Shown piece by piece: positions 1 through 10,114 of a stretch of DNA of 64,000 bases. The stretch lies in NCBI GenBank assembly GCA_026395685.1, contig JAPLYG010000005.1, forward strand, positions 4,126-68,125, read 5' to 3'. Source of the stretch: Candidatus Parcubacteria bacterium (GTDB lineage: Bacteria; Patescibacteriota; Patescibacteriia; CAIXNZ01). Made by a program: the position numbers and the translations under genes. Position 1 is the stretch's first letter, and the number at the start of each line of letters is the position of its first letter. The notes below the pieces were generated by a model. It ran no database searches. It saw nothing but the letters and a program-made list of their open reading frames with translations, and was not told where the DNA came from.

Positions 1-1127
1 TCCATTATCTTTTTTCCTTTAAAATATGCATATATGCGCTGTTTACTGATATCAATTTCAATATTTTTATAAGCCTCGTATTTATTTATAGGTGAAATTG
101 TTTGCATGCCGCTAATCAATTCTATTTGGCCGTCATTATCAAAATCACTACTGCTGACAGATACGCCTCCATTAAATCCCGGAAAAGCAATTACATTCGG
201 GTTAAGTTTAATTTTACCATCGGGAGCAAAAAATTTTATCTGAGAATCTAAGCCAAATCCCGGACCGATAATAATTTCAGAATTTTTATCATTATCAATA
301 TCGCCTGAAGTCAAATTAACCCCTCCCATATAATCTGTCGGATAAGCATTGAATTTATTTAATAATATTCCTTCCGCAGTATATGTTTTAATTTCAGCTG
401 CAGCGTCCATATAAGGTGATGTAATTATTTCCGATTGTCCGTCATTATTTACATCAGAAGCTAAAACAGTTACTCCTGATTTAACTTTTTTATCATAAAC
501 TAAAAATTCTCTTATTAAATGGCCATAATTATCAAAAATTTGGATTTTAGGTTCGGATTGATAGCCTGAGCCAGCTATTATTTCCAATTGACCGTCTCTA
601 TTTAAGTCACCTGCTGAAACATTTACTCCTGAATAAACAGCACTGTCAAAAGCAAAGAATTCCGTAATCATGATGCCTTGCCCGTTAAAAATGCGGATAT
701 GCGGTCCTCCGCCCTCATTAGGGGCGGTAATTATTACAGCCGGCAGATTCGGGTAAAGTTTAGCTACAAAAATAGTCAGACCTTTTTTAAAATTATCAGC
801 ATATGCCTGAAATTCATTTATTAATTCTGCTTTATTATTAAAAATTCTGATTAGGGGTTTTTCATTTAAACCTGTTGCTACTACTATTTCATTCAAACCA
901 TCGCCATTAACATCACCACTGCCGACGTTTACGCCCTGAACTTGGGAAGTCTCGGGAAATGGATAAAATTCCTTTTCCAAAAGTCCGGAAAAGGGGTTAA
1001 AGATACGAACTGCGGGTCTGACTAAAGCAGGTTGTATGATTGTTGGAATTAGTTCAGGAGTCGCCGCTGATGCTGGAAAAGGTAATAAAAGGCTAATAAT
1101 AAACAAAATAAGGAGGGCTTTTTTCAT
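1..1127 (-). CDS. Secreted FG-GAP/VCBS repeat protein, probably with a C-terminal L,D-transpeptidase domain (runs off the window edge)
   Basis: Not in the ORF track because it is truncated. Manual translation from ATG 1127 gives a signal peptide MKKALLILFIISLLLPFPASA, repeats GDVNGDGLNEIV / GDLNRDGQLEII / SDVNNDGQSEII / GDIDNDKNSEII, and ends in IEIDISKQRIYAY, resembling the start of a YkuD domain. Confidence 0.8.
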   Translation of the reverse strand, partial: MKKALLILFIISLLLPFPASAATPELIPTIIQPALVRPAVRIFNPFSGLLEKEFYPFPETSQVQGVNVGSGDVNGDGLNEIVVATGLNEKPLIRIFNNKAELINEFQAYADNFKKGLTIFVAKLYPNLPAVIITAPNEGGGPHIRIFNGQGIMITEFFAFDSAVYSGVNVSAGDLNRDGQLEIIAGSGYQSEPKIQIFDNYGHLIREFLVYDKKVKSGVTVLASDVNNDGQSEIITSPYMDAAAEIKTYTAEGILLNKFNAYPTDYMGGVNLTSGDIDNDKNSEIIIGPGFGLDSQIKFFAPDGKIKLNPNVIAFPGFNGGVSVSSSDFDNDGQIELISGMQTISPINKYEAYKNIEIDISKQRIYAYFKGKKIM

Positions 1128-1436
1128 GTGACTACGATGGTTTGTAAATTAGTTTTTTGTATGTAGGTCGGGTATTTCATGTGTTATTTTAGTTAAATCA
1201 AGGTAAGCAAATATTAATACTGAAGTTTATAATTTTTGGCTTATCTTTAAATTTTCATTATTTATATATTATAGCAAGAAAGTCGTATTATTCAAATTAA
1301 AATGGCTAAAACTGGGATTATGTCAATATGTGAACGTCTCTAAAGTGAAACTTCTTAATTTTTTCTATTATCCCCAATAATTATTTAGGCTGATAATATT
1401 TTGGGGTTCTTTATAAAAATGGTACACTAATGATAT

Positions 1437-2450
1437 ATGAAACAAGCCCTCTTTTGGCGAAAAAAGCTAAATAATATTCAGTGCCAGTTATGCAGTCATT
1501 ATTGCTTAATCAGCGAGGAAAGGACCGGCATTTGTGCTGTACGTAAAAATATAAAAGGTACGCTATATTCTTTGGTTTACGGCAAAGTAATTGCTGCCAA
1601 TATTGATCCGATTGAGAAAAAGCCTCTATTCCATTTTTTGCCTGGCAGTTTAAGCTATTCAATTGCCACAGTAGGCTGTAATTTCCGCTGTGCTCACTGC
1701 CAGAATGCAGATATTTCGCAATTGGCGGAAAAAACTTTCAGCACTGATTTTATACCCGGACAAGACATTGAGCCCCAAGAAATCATTAATCAGGCCAAGC
1801 TGTCCGGCTGCCAGTCTATCGCCTATACCTATACTGAACCGACTATTTTTGCGGAGTTTGCTTTAGATTGCATGAAATTGGCAAAGAAGGCCGGACTGAA
1901 AAATGTCTGGGTATCCAATGGCTATACAGCTAAAGAGGTCTGGGCAGAGATTCTCCCTTATCTTGATGCGATTAATATTGATTTGAAATTTTTTACTGAT
2001 GAGAATTATTTAAAAATTTGCGGAGCCAAATTGGATCCGGTTTTGGACAACTTGAAATTTATATATCACAACAAAATTCATCTGGAAATTACGACTTTAA
2101 TTATTCCGGGATTAAATGATAATGACCAGGAATTAATTAATATTGCCAAATTCATAAAAAATGAATTAAGCGCTGATGTCCCCTGGCATGTTTCCCGCTT
2201 TTTCCCCCAATACAAACTGGCTGATCAAAATCCCACCGAAGAGGAATTAATTTATAAAGCTATTTCTATAGGCAAGGAAGTCGGCTTAAATTATGTTTAT
2301 GGCGGAAATGTCAGCAGTGAAGAACTGGAAAATACTTATTGTCCTCAATGCGGAGAATTAATCATAAAACGAGATGTCTATAATATTGAACGCTTTGATG
2401 ATAATTCCTTATGCCCAAAATGTAAGAGAATAATTGATATACGAATCTAG
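1437..2450 (+). CDS. amrS: AmmeMemoRadiSam system radical SAM enzyme
   Basis: N-terminal CQLCSHYC...GICAVR, DPIEKKPLFHF, CNFRCAHCQN, YTYTEP, C-terminal CPQC..CPKC; amrB and amrA are nearby. Confidence 0.92.
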   Translation: MKQALFWRKKLNNIQCQLCSHYCLISEERTGICAVRKNIKGTLYSLVYGKVIAANIDPIEKKPLFHFLPGSLSYSIATVGCNFRCAHCQNADISQLAEKTFSTDFIPGQDIEPQEIINQAKLSGCQSIAYTYTEPTIFAEFALDCMKLAKKAGLKNVWVSNGYTAKEVWAEILPYLDAINIDLKFFTDENYLKICGAKLDPVLDNLKFIYHNKIHLEITTLIIPGLNDNDQELINIAKFIKNELSADVPWHVSRFFPQYKLADQNPTEEELIYKAISIGKEVGLNYVYGGNVSSEELENTYCPQCGELIIKRDVYNIERFDDNSLCPKCKRIIDIRI

Positions 2451-2453
2451 TCC

Positions 2454-2482
2454 TTGACTTTTTCAGTTAAATGTGCTATTAT
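2454..2482 (+). promoter_or_regulatory. sigma70 promoter TTGACT-17-TATTAT with extended TG
   Basis: Starts 3 nt after the amrS stop; AAGGAGG at 2496-2502 follows. Confidence 0.7.
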
Positions 2483-2510
2483 GTAAAAATGGATTAAGGA
2501 GGAAAAAATA

Positions 2511-2807
2511 GTGAAAAAAATCGTTTTTGCGGTATGTTTATGTGTTGCATTGGTTTACGGGTGTCCTGATGAAAAGGAAAATTCAGGGCCAGCCCAGGAT
2601 CTAAGAGTATCCCAAAGCAATTCAGTTGATCAGCAGGTCAACAACGAGAACACTGAGGTACCAGAAAGATTAGGAAGTAATATGATTTTTGTGCATGGTG
2701 AACCCATGTCACTCGAGGAAGCTGAAAAGGTTTTGCCGGAAAGCGAAAGACCAAATGTCGATCAATACGGCAATCCGCTTTTCGTACATAAAACCAAAAA
2801 AAAGTAA
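2511..2807 (+). CDS. Small putative lipoprotein with a VHG...LP motif
   Basis: Signal peptide ending VYGC, strong SD, own promoter and downstream hairpin. Confidence 0.75.
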   Translation: MKKIVFAVCLCVALVYGCPDEKENSGPAQDLRVSQSNSVDQQVNNENTEVPERLGSNMIFVHGEPMSLEEAEKVLPESERPNVDQYGNPLFVHKTKKK

Positions 2808-2862
2808 AACTTGAAGTTCTCGAAACCGGGTCTCTGTAATGGAGGCCCTTTTCTTTTAATAA

Positions 2863-2893
2863 GAAAAAGCGCTCCAACCGAGGGAGCGCTTTT
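2863..2893. terminator. Bidirectional intrinsic terminator
   Basis: aaaaagcgctcc-aaccgag-ggagcgctttt between convergent genes. Confidence 0.75.
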
Positions 2894-2925
2894 GATTTTG
2901 CTGACGTGAACGATTTTAGTTAGCG

Positions 2926-4002
2926 TCAGTCTAATTTAATTACAGGATAGTTTCCTGTTTTGCATTGTTCAGCATAACTAAAATCGTGCAGTTTAGTAAC
3001 GGATTCATCCAAAATAGTCTGCTGGATTGCCAACGCCATAAGCTTGGCAACGGATATTACCTGGAACTTGTTGGAAAATTTTAACTTTTCTTCTGCCGGA
3101 ATAGTATCCGTGATGATAATCTGATCAATCGGAGAATCTTTAATCCTGATCATGATTTGTTCAGAAGTCAGTCCAATCTTTGCCAGAGGCGCATGAGGTG
3201 CAATCATGATGATTTTTTCGGCGCCGTTAGTTTTTAGGCTTTCCGCATCCTGGATGGCAGTGTTACCTGAACAAACTTCATCATCAACCATAATGATGAT
3301 TTTGCCCTTGCAAAGAATTTCCTTTTGCAGTTCCAAAGTGCCTTTATGGTCTTTGCGGTATTTGTCAATGTAGTCATGCTTGAGGTCGGGCAGCAATTCC
3401 GTAAGTTTACTGAAACGCTTGGCTGCGCTGGCATCTGAAAACGCCAGCATTATTCTTTCCGTATCGCCTGCAAGCTGGGTGGCAATCAAGCTCTTGATAA
3501 AGTCAGCGTACAAATAGATAGATGAAATTTCATCAGCCGAAGGCTTGAAATAATGCTTGACGTGCGAATCATGAGGATCAAGCAGCATGACCCGGCGTAC
3601 ACCCAAAACATTATTCAAAAATTCAGCCATCACTTTGCTCATAACTGAAATGCGTGGCTTATCTTTTCGGTCGCTTCGTGCATAGGGCATATAAGGAAAA
3701 GCCAGAAGAAGGTCAGCCGCATTGGAGTTTTGAATCGCATCCAGCAAAGCAAATAAGGAAAAGAGACGATCGTGCAAGGGCGGACATTGGGTGTGAATTA
3801 CCACCACAAAATATCCGCGCACATTGTCAATTTGGGCCATGACATTCTCGTTGTCAAACGAAAAAATATCAGGGCGTGTCAGCGTCAGTCCGCCTTCTGG
3901 CTTAAATGCTATCGGCAGTGTTTGATCTAGGTGGAAGCATACTTTTTCCGCCAGAATGTCTGATCCCGGTAACGCAAAAACTTTGACTCCGCGAAATTTC
4001 AT
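2926..4002 (-). CDS. prs: Ribose-phosphate pyrophosphokinase family protein (divergent)
   Basis: PYMPYARSDRK, LDPH, PRPP-binding IMVDDEVCSGNT, IITDTIP; SD AGGGAGG. Confidence 0.85.
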   Translation of the reverse strand: MKFRGVKVFALPGSDILAEKVCFHLDQTLPIAFKPEGGLTLTRPDIFSFDNENVMAQIDNVRGYFVVVIHTQCPPLHDRLFSLFALLDAIQNSNAADLLLAFPYMPYARSDRKDKPRISVMSKVMAEFLNNVLGVRRVMLLDPHDSHVKHYFKPSADEISSIYLYADFIKSLIATQLAGDTERIMLAFSDASAAKRFSKLTELLPDLKHDYIDKYRKDHKGTLELQKEILCKGKIIIMVDDEVCSGNTAIQDAESLKTNGAEKIIMIAPHAPLAKIGLTSEQIMIRIKDSPIDQIIITDTIPAEEKLKFSNKFQVISVAKLMALAIQQTILDESVTKLHDFSYAEQCKTGNYPVIKLD

Positions 4003-4089
4003 GGCAATTCCCTCCCTTTGTGAAATGTAAGGTACGGTTTAAATTTAACACTTAGCCATAATATGTCAAATTTAACTAGAAGATCAGCC

Positions 4090-4118
4090 TTGACATAGAT
4101 AAAAAAGCCTATTATACT
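4090..4118 (+). promoter_or_regulatory. clpB sigma70 promoter TTGACA-17-TATACT
   Basis: Near-consensus hexamers with a 17-nt spacer. Confidence 0.85.
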
Positions 4119-4122
4119 TAAT

Positions 4123-4149
4123 TTAGCACTCTCTCTTGACGAGTGCTAA
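4123..4149. promoter_or_regulatory. CIRCE operator (HrcA site)
   Basis: Perfect TTAGCACTC-N9-GAGTGCTAA just downstream of the -10 element, upstream of clpB. Confidence 0.97.
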
Positions 4150-4204
4150 AACTATTTAAAAATTAATGATACATATCTACAAATTAGTAGATTAGTAACC
4201 ATAT

Positions 4205-6826
4205 ATGTTTAATCCCAACCGTTTAACAACAAAATCTCAGGAATGTTTGAGGCTTGCCCAGCAAATTGCCATTGAAAATCAAAATCAGCAGGTTGACGCC
4301 TTGCATGTGCTTGCTGCCCTGCTTACCCAGGATGATAGCCTGGTTGTGACAATTATGAAAAAGCTGGAAATTGATGTGAATGCTATAAAAAATGAAATTT
4401 TCGGTGCTATAAAGACAATGCCAAAATCACGCGGAGAAATAAATCTTACGCAGATGTTTTTATCTGAAGATTTAGCCCGTATTTTGGCAGGCTCTGAAAA
4501 AGAAGCCTCAGATTTAAAAGATGAATATATTTCTACAGAACATATTCTTTTATCAATGTTGAATACCAAAAGCAAGACAAAGTCTTTGCTTGATTCTTAT
4601 GGCATTGAATACGATAATGTCCTGAAATTATTAGCTCAGCTGCGCGGTTCAACCAGAATTACAGATCCTGAGCCGGAATCAAAATTTCAAGTTTTAGAAA
4701 AATATGCCCAGAATTTAACGGAAATGGCGCGTCAGGAAAAGCTTGATCCTGTGATTGGCCGTGATTCTGAAATACGCCGCGTAATGCAGGTGCTTTCGCG
4801 CAGAACCAAAAATAATCCGGTCTTAATTGGTGAAGCCGGTGTCGGTAAGACAGCAATTGCTGAAGGCTTGGCCCAAAGAATTGTAGCAGGTGATGTGCCG
4901 GAAACACTGAAAAATAAGGAAGTTATTTCTTTGGATTTAGGCGCTTTGATTGCCGGTACAAAGTTTCGCGGTGAATTTGAGGATCGTTTAAAAGCGGTTT
5001 TAAAAGAAGTAGAAAATTCCAATGGGCAAATTATTTTATTTATTGATGAATTGCATACTGTCGTAGGCGCCGGCGCTATTGAAGGCACAATGGATGCATC
5101 TAATATGCTGAAACCCGCTTTAGCGCGCGGTAAATTGCATGCCATTGGCGCTACTACCTTAAAGGAATATCAGAAATATATTGAAAAAGATCCGGCTTTA
5201 GAGCGTCGCTTTCAGCCAGTATTGGTACTTGAACCTTCAATTGAGGATACCATTGCCATTTTACGCGGTATTAAGGAAAAATATGAAGTTCATCATGGCG
5301 TACGCATTACTGATTCGGCTATTGTGGCAGCAGCGGAGCTTTCTCAGCGATATATCACCGATCGTTTTTTGCCAGATAAAGGTGTTGATCTAATTGATGA
5401 AGCCACCTCTGCTTTACGTATGGAAATTGATTCGATGCCGGATGAATTGGATGCCATGAAGCGAAAAATTAAACAATTAGAAATTGAAAAAGCTGCTTTA
5501 AAAAAAGAAATCGATAAGGAAAGCAAATCCAAATTGAAAGATTTGGACAAGATCCTTAATGATCTTAAGGAAAAATCCAATCAGTTGGAATTGCATTGGA
5601 AAAGTGAAAAGGACATTATTACCAAAATTCGCGAAGCGAAAAAGCAGATTGATGGTTTGAAGGTTGAAGCTGATATTTTGGAAAGAAAATCAGAATTGCA
5701 GAAAGTAGCGGAAATTCGTTATGGTAAAATCCCCGCGGTGGAAAAGGAAATTAGATCTCTTGAAAAAAAACTAGCAAACATCCAGAAAGAACATAAGATT
5801 CTCAAAGAAGAAGTTAACGAGGAAGATATTGCCGAAGTTGTTTCCCGCTGGACCGGCATTCCTGTCTCCAAAATGCTGCAATCAGAAATGGAAAAATTAG
5901 TTCATACTGAAAATGAATTAAAAAAACGCGTGGTCGGCCAGGAAGAAGCAATTTCTGCCGTGGCTAATGCAATAAGACGTTCACGCGCAGGTATTTCCGA
6001 AGAAAATAAGCCCATCGGCACTTTTATCTTTTTAGGACCGACAGGTGTCGGAAAAACCGAGCTTGCCAAGGCTTTGGCTGAATTTATGTTTAATAATGAA
6101 AATGCCATGATTCGTGTTGATATGTCTGAATACATGGAAAAACATGCAGTTTCCAAAATGATCGGCTCCCCTCCCGGTTATGTCGGTTATGAAGAAGGCG
6201 GTCAATTGACGGAACAGGTGCGCAGACGCCCCTACTCTGTTATTTTATTTGATGAAATTGAAAAAGCCCATCCTGAAGTTTTTAATATTTTGCTGCAATT
6301 ATTGGATGATGGCCGCTTGACTGATGCCAAAGGCAGAGTCGTTAATTTTAAAAATACAATTATTATCATGACTTCAAATTTGGGCAATCAGCTTCTAAAG
6401 GAAGTTTCATTGGGTTTTGAATTAAAAGAAGATAAAGTTGATGCTAAAGTTAATGAGGAAAAAATGAAAGAAAACGTTTATGAAGCCTTGAAATCTCATT
6501 TTAAGCCGGAATTTTTAAATCGGCTTGATGAAATTATTATTTTTCATCCTCTTGCCAAAAAGGAAATAGAAAAAATTATTGAACTGCAGTTGGAAATTGT
6601 TAAAAAGCGTTTGGCGGATAAAAAAATAAAATTGGATTTTACTGAAAGCCTAAAAAAGCATCTGGCTGATAAAGGTTTCGATCCTCAATTCGGCGCTCGT
6701 CCCCTCAAGCGTGTAATCCAAAATGAAATTCTTGATGACTTGGCTTTGAAAATTATTGAAAACAAAGTTAAAGAAGGTGATAAAATTAAGGTTGATGTTG
6801 TTGAAAATAAGGTTGTTTTCAAATAA
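4205..6826 (+). CDS. clpB: ATP-dependent chaperone ClpB
   Basis: Two AAA+ modules ([16 protein letters not shown]), coiled-coil middle domain, 873 aa. Confidence 0.97.
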   Translation: MFNPNRLTTKSQECLRLAQQIAIENQNQQVDALHVLAALLTQDDSLVVTIMKKLEIDVNAIKNEIFGAIKTMPKSRGEINLTQMFLSEDLARILAGSEKEASDLKDEYISTEHILLSMLNTKSKTKSLLDSYGIEYDNVLKLLAQLRGSTRITDPEPESKFQVLEKYAQNLTEMARQEKLDPVIGRDSEIRRVMQVLSRRTKNNPVLIGEAGVGKTAIAEGLAQRIVAGDVPETLKNKEVISLDLGALIAGTKFRGEFEDRLKAVLKEVENSNGQIILFIDELHTVVGAGAIEGTMDASNMLKPALARGKLHAIGATTLKEYQKYIEKDPALERRFQPVLVLEPSIEDTIAILRGIKEKYEVHHGVRITDSAIVAAAELSQRYITDRFLPDKGVDLIDEATSALRMEIDSMPDELDAMKRKIKQLEIEKAALKKEIDKESKSKLKDLDKILNDLKEKSNQLELHWKSEKDIITKIREAKKQIDGLKVEADILERKSELQKVAEIRYGKIPAVEKEIRSLEKKLANIQKEHKILKEEVNEEDIAEVVSRWTGIPVSKMLQSEMEKLVHTENELKKRVVGQEEAISAVANAIRRSRAGISEENKPIGTFIFLGPTGVGKTELAKALAEFMFNNENAMIRVDMSEYMEKHAVSKMIGSPPGYVGYEEGGQLTEQVRRRPYSVILFDEIEKAHPEVFNILLQLLDDGRLTDAKGRVVNFKNTIIIMTSNLGNQLLKEVSLGFELKEDKVDAKVNEEKMKENVYEALKSHFKPEFLNRLDEIIIFHPLAKKEIEKIIELQLEIVKKRLADKKIKLDFTESLKKHLADKGFDPQFGARPLKRVIQNEILDDLALKIIENKVKEGDKIKVDVVENKVVFK

Positions 6827-6852
6827 GTTAAAATATTATAAAACCCAAAATA

Positions 6853-6881
6853 TTGACAGTTTTGTATTTTTGTGATATAAT
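6853..6881 (+). promoter_or_regulatory. Consensus sigma70 promoter TTGACA-17-TATAAT with extended TG
   Basis: Exact consensus; AGGAGG at 6930-6935. Confidence 0.85.
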
Positions 6882-6937
6882 CTAGTTGGTTAAAGAAATG
6901 ACAAAGTAACAATAATCTCAGAAATTTTCAGGAGGAA

Positions 6938-7405
6938 ATGATGAAAAAAGAAACTGCTTATATTGTCGTTCTGGTTATTATCGGGATGTGTTTTGTCACT
7001 TTTGAGACTAAAGAGTCTGAACATCTTAAAAAAGACTACTTTATTTCTCAAAATAACCAGGAGACAATGTCTGCTGAAATGATGGCTTACAATGCCATTT
7101 CTAAAACGCTTGATAATCCTAAAGTGGAAAATGAAAATGAGGTTGAGTTACCTGATGATGAAGAACAGGCAATTTATGCCGTACTTCAAGAAAGCATTCG
7201 TCTGGAAAAAAGGCTGCAAAGCTTACACAAAAAAAACAAGAAAGACTTAACCGAAGAAGAAAAACAGGATATTTTGTATTATCAGGGATGTAAATTGTAT
7301 GTGCATGGGAAACTGGTTACCTGGCAGGAATTTAATAACCTTTTGCCGCCAGAATCAAGAGGAGAGATTCATCCAGACTATAAAAGTACTTGCTTTTTAG
7401 ACTAG
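6938..7405 (+). CDS. Hypothetical membrane-anchored protein with a VHG...LP motif (start possibly 6941)
   Basis: N-terminal hydrophobic segment, own promoter and SD, downstream hairpin aatccgc...gcggatt. Confidence 0.75.
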   Translation: MMKKETAYIVVLVIIGMCFVTFETKESEHLKKDYFISQNNQETMSAEMMAYNAISKTLDNPKVENENEVELPDDEEQAIYAVLQESIRLEKRLQSLHKKNKKDLTEEEKQDILYYQGCKLYVHGKLVTWQEFNNLLPPESRGEIHPDYKSTCFLD

Positions 7406-7457
7406 ACTTTTAACAATCCGCTGAAGATAAGTAAGCGGATTTTATTTTTGCCAAAGT

Positions 7458-7654
7458 AAAAAGCCCCGCAATTATGTTGATAATTAGGCAGCGGGGCTAT
7501 AGCGCAACTGGGTTACCTCGAATGGACGATAGACGGCTAAGATTTGGTGAAAAGGATAGAAAAGCATTAATCATTCCGTAAGGTTAGGCAGCTGCCAACA
7601 AAATCGCCATCTGGCAAAGGTGCCATAGAGGTAAAACCCAGATTACAAATATCA
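7458..7654 (-). ncRNA. Putative ~195-nt rod-shaped RNA (6S RNA-like)
   Basis: Extended TG-TATAAT at 7661-7669 (minus). Arms 7628-7647 pair with 7503-7519 and 7606-7612 with 7531-7537, with G-U pairs on the minus strand. Terminator gccccgc/gcggggc plus U-tract. Confidence 0.55.
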
Positions 7655-7681
7655 TCTTACATTATAACAGCAATTTTGTGA

Positions 7682-7690
7682 TGTGGATAA
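7682..7690 (-). promoter_or_regulatory. Perfect DnaA box TTATCCACA
   Basis: Single exact match in the -35 region of the putative RNA promoter. Confidence 0.35.
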
Positions 7691-7780
7691 CTTTAGTAAC
7701 ATATTTCTAATAGAAAACTATTGATTTTGAGATTAGTTTTTTAATTTGTAGAAAATAAAAAAATATGATATCATAAAAAC

Positions 7781-9187
7781 ATGAAAATAATTAAATTCAT
7801 CACAATTTTATCGATAGTTAGCTTAATTTATTGCCAAACTCAGCCTATAAATAGCGCTCAAGCTTTTGAATTTGAGCCCAATGACATCATTAATGATAAT
7901 GAACTGACTGATTATAACTCTATGAGTTTAGCAGATATCCAGGAATTTTTAGATAATCAGCCTGGTGTTTTAAAGAGTTTACAGACAATGGATACTCTGG
8001 GCAATGAGAAAACAGCAGCAGAAATAATTCATATTGCGGCGCTAACTTATATAATTAACCCGAAATGGATTATTGCTACTCTGCAAAAGGAGCAAAGTTT
8101 AATAACAAATCCCACTCCAGGGCAAAAAGATTTAGATTGGGCCATGGGCTATGCAATCTGCGATTCTTGTTCCAAAGATGATCCTGCCCTGCAAAAATTT
8201 AAGGGTTTTGGCATGCAAATTGATCGCGCTACTGCTCGCATACGCTATTACTTTGACCATCCCAATGACTTTGGCATTAAAGTTGGTTATATGTACAATA
8301 TTGACGGCCGCGATGTATTGCCTTTCAATCAGGCTACGGCAAATTTATTTATTTATACCCCGCATCTGCACGGCAATTATAATTTTTGGATTATCTGGAA
8401 TCGCTGGTTTTCAAAAATTTTTCCGGATGGAACTTTGGTGCGTATGTCAGGAGATGCAGGCGTTTGGCTGATTCAAAACGGGAAACGACGACCTTTTTTA
8501 ACAAAGACCGCCTTAATGAGCCGCTATGATAGCACTAAGATAATTGAGATATCACGCAATGATTTATTGAGATATGAAATCGGATATCCTCTTAAATATC
8601 CCAATTATTCCCTCTTGAAGTCTCCGGCAGGCATTATTTATCTACTGGTTAATGATGAGAAAAAGGAAATTGAATCTGCAGACGTATTTAAAACAATCGG
8701 TTATAATCCCGAAGAAGTTATGGAGGTTACTGACGAAGAATTAAGTTATTATCAGGATGGTCGTAAAATTACTTTAGATAGTATTTACCCGCAGGGAGCG
8801 CTTGTGCAGGATATTAAAAGCGGCGGTGTTTTTTATGTAGAAGACGGCATCAAATACCCGATTATTGCCAAAGAAATTTTAAACAACAATTTTAAAAATT
8901 ATAAATTAACAAAGCTCAGCAGTGAAGAACTGGATAAATATGTTAAAGCCGCAAATGGCATGAAACTGATAGACGGCACTTTAATTCAAATAAAAGGCGA
9001 TAATAAAGTTTATGTAATTTCTAACGGTCAAAAGCGCTGGATTGCCAATGAATCAACTTTTAATCAATTGGGATATAAATGGGTAAATATAATTACTGTC
9101 AGTGATAAAGTCGCTGCTTTGCATGGTGAGGGAGAAGCTATTGACTCGTTGACATCAAACGATACTCAAATTGCAACAATAAATTAA
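7781..9187 (+). CDS. Secreted protein with a putative lysozyme-like N-terminal domain and four ~60-aa C-terminal repeats
   Basis: Signal peptide; INPKWIIATLQKEQSLI and NQATANLFIYTPH motifs; repeats of the form PDGTLV...VWLIQNGKRR. Confidence 0.7.
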   Translation: MKIIKFITILSIVSLIYCQTQPINSAQAFEFEPNDIINDNELTDYNSMSLADIQEFLDNQPGVLKSLQTMDTLGNEKTAAEIIHIAALTYIINPKWIIATLQKEQSLITNPTPGQKDLDWAMGYAICDSCSKDDPALQKFKGFGMQIDRATARIRYYFDHPNDFGIKVGYMYNIDGRDVLPFNQATANLFIYTPHLHGNYNFWIIWNRWFSKIFPDGTLVRMSGDAGVWLIQNGKRRPFLTKTALMSRYDSTKIIEISRNDLLRYEIGYPLKYPNYSLLKSPAGIIYLLVNDEKKEIESADVFKTIGYNPEEVMEVTDEELSYYQDGRKITLDSIYPQGALVQDIKSGGVFYVEDGIKYPIIAKEILNNNFKNYKLTKLSSEELDKYVKAANGMKLIDGTLIQIKGDNKVYVISNGQKRWIANESTFNQLGYKWVNIITVSDKVAALHGEGEAIDSLTSNDTQIATIN

Positions 9188-9206
9188 TTTAACTTTAATC
9201 TTTTTT

Positions 9207-9995
9207 ATGTTGGTTTTTTCCGCCATTTGTCCTCATCCTCCAATATTAATCCCAACAATTGGAAAGGATAATCTCAAACAAATTAAAGATACTGCCGAAG
9301 CAATGAAAAAGTTGGAGCAGGAGCTTTATGCCTCTAAGCCGGATGTAATTTTGATTATTTCGCCTCACGGTGAAATGATACCCGATGCTTTTTGTATTAA
9401 TTTAAATTCAAGTTATAAAGTTAATTTTGAAGAATTTGGCGACTTTACCACAAAATTAGAATATAGAAGCAGTTCCCTTTTGGCTTTGAAAATTAAGGAA
9501 AGGGTGGAGAATGAATTGCCGATAATTTTATTAAGTAATGATACTTTAGATCATGGCTGCGGTGTGCCTTTATTTTATGTAACCAAGCATTTAAAAAATA
9601 TTGAAGTTATCCCTGTCAGTTACAGCTTTTTAGATACAGACAAGCATTTTAAGTTTGGTCAGCTGATAAAAAAAGAAATTGCCAAAAGTGAAAAGAGAGT
9701 TGCTGTCATTGCTTCCGGCGATATGTCTCACAGCCTGACCAAAAGCTCACCCGCTGGCTTTTCTCCTAAAGGCGCAGAATTTGATAAAGAGTTTATTTCT
9801 CTGCTTAAGCGCAAAGACATTCCCGGGATTATGAAGATGAATAAAAATTTAATTGAAGAAGCTTCTGAATGCGGTTATCGCTCTTTTTCCATTTTATTCG
9901 GCATCTTGGAGGAATATAAATTGGATGTGGAGATTTTATCGTATGAAGGAACATTTGGGGTCGGCTATTTAGTGGCAAATTTTAAGTTGGTTTAA
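9207..9995 (+). CDS. amrB: AmmeMemoRadiSam protein B (Memo/LigB-like)
   Basis: PHPP, ISPH, LDHG, ASGDMSH, ECG, YEGTFGVGY. Confidence 0.88.
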   Translation: MLVFSAICPHPPILIPTIGKDNLKQIKDTAEAMKKLEQELYASKPDVILIISPHGEMIPDAFCINLNSSYKVNFEEFGDFTTKLEYRSSSLLALKIKERVENELPIILLSNDTLDHGCGVPLFYVTKHLKNIEVIPVSYSFLDTDKHFKFGQLIKKEIAKSEKRVAVIASGDMSHSLTKSSPAGFSPKGAEFDKEFISLLKRKDIPGIMKMNKNLIEEASECGYRSFSILFGILEEYKLDVEILSYEGTFGVGYLVANFKLV

Positions 9996-10114
9996 TAACA
10001 AATAAAATTGCATATTTAATAATTGAAGGAGCCCCAACGATGCAGGGCTTCTTTATTTGTATAGAGAATTGAATGTATTACAAAATTTATTAATTTTTGT
10101 TATATTTAAAGCAT

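Noticed and set aside
4285-6156. Antisense ORFs within clpB, and similar shadows in typA, copA, dinB, serA and murB
   Set aside because: They fully overlap well-conserved genes on the opposite strand or in another frame and show no recognisable motifs
7493-7515. GGGGCTATAGCGCAACTGG resembles the 5' end of tRNA-Ala or tmRNA
   Set aside because: No T-arm or matching acceptor 3' strand follows; the sequence is explained by the terminator and stem of the minus-strand RNA
7570-7595. CCGTAAGG...GCAGC resembles SRP RNA helix 8
   Set aside because: The conserved CAGG side of the symmetric loop is missing, and promoter, terminator and G-U pairs indicate the opposite strand
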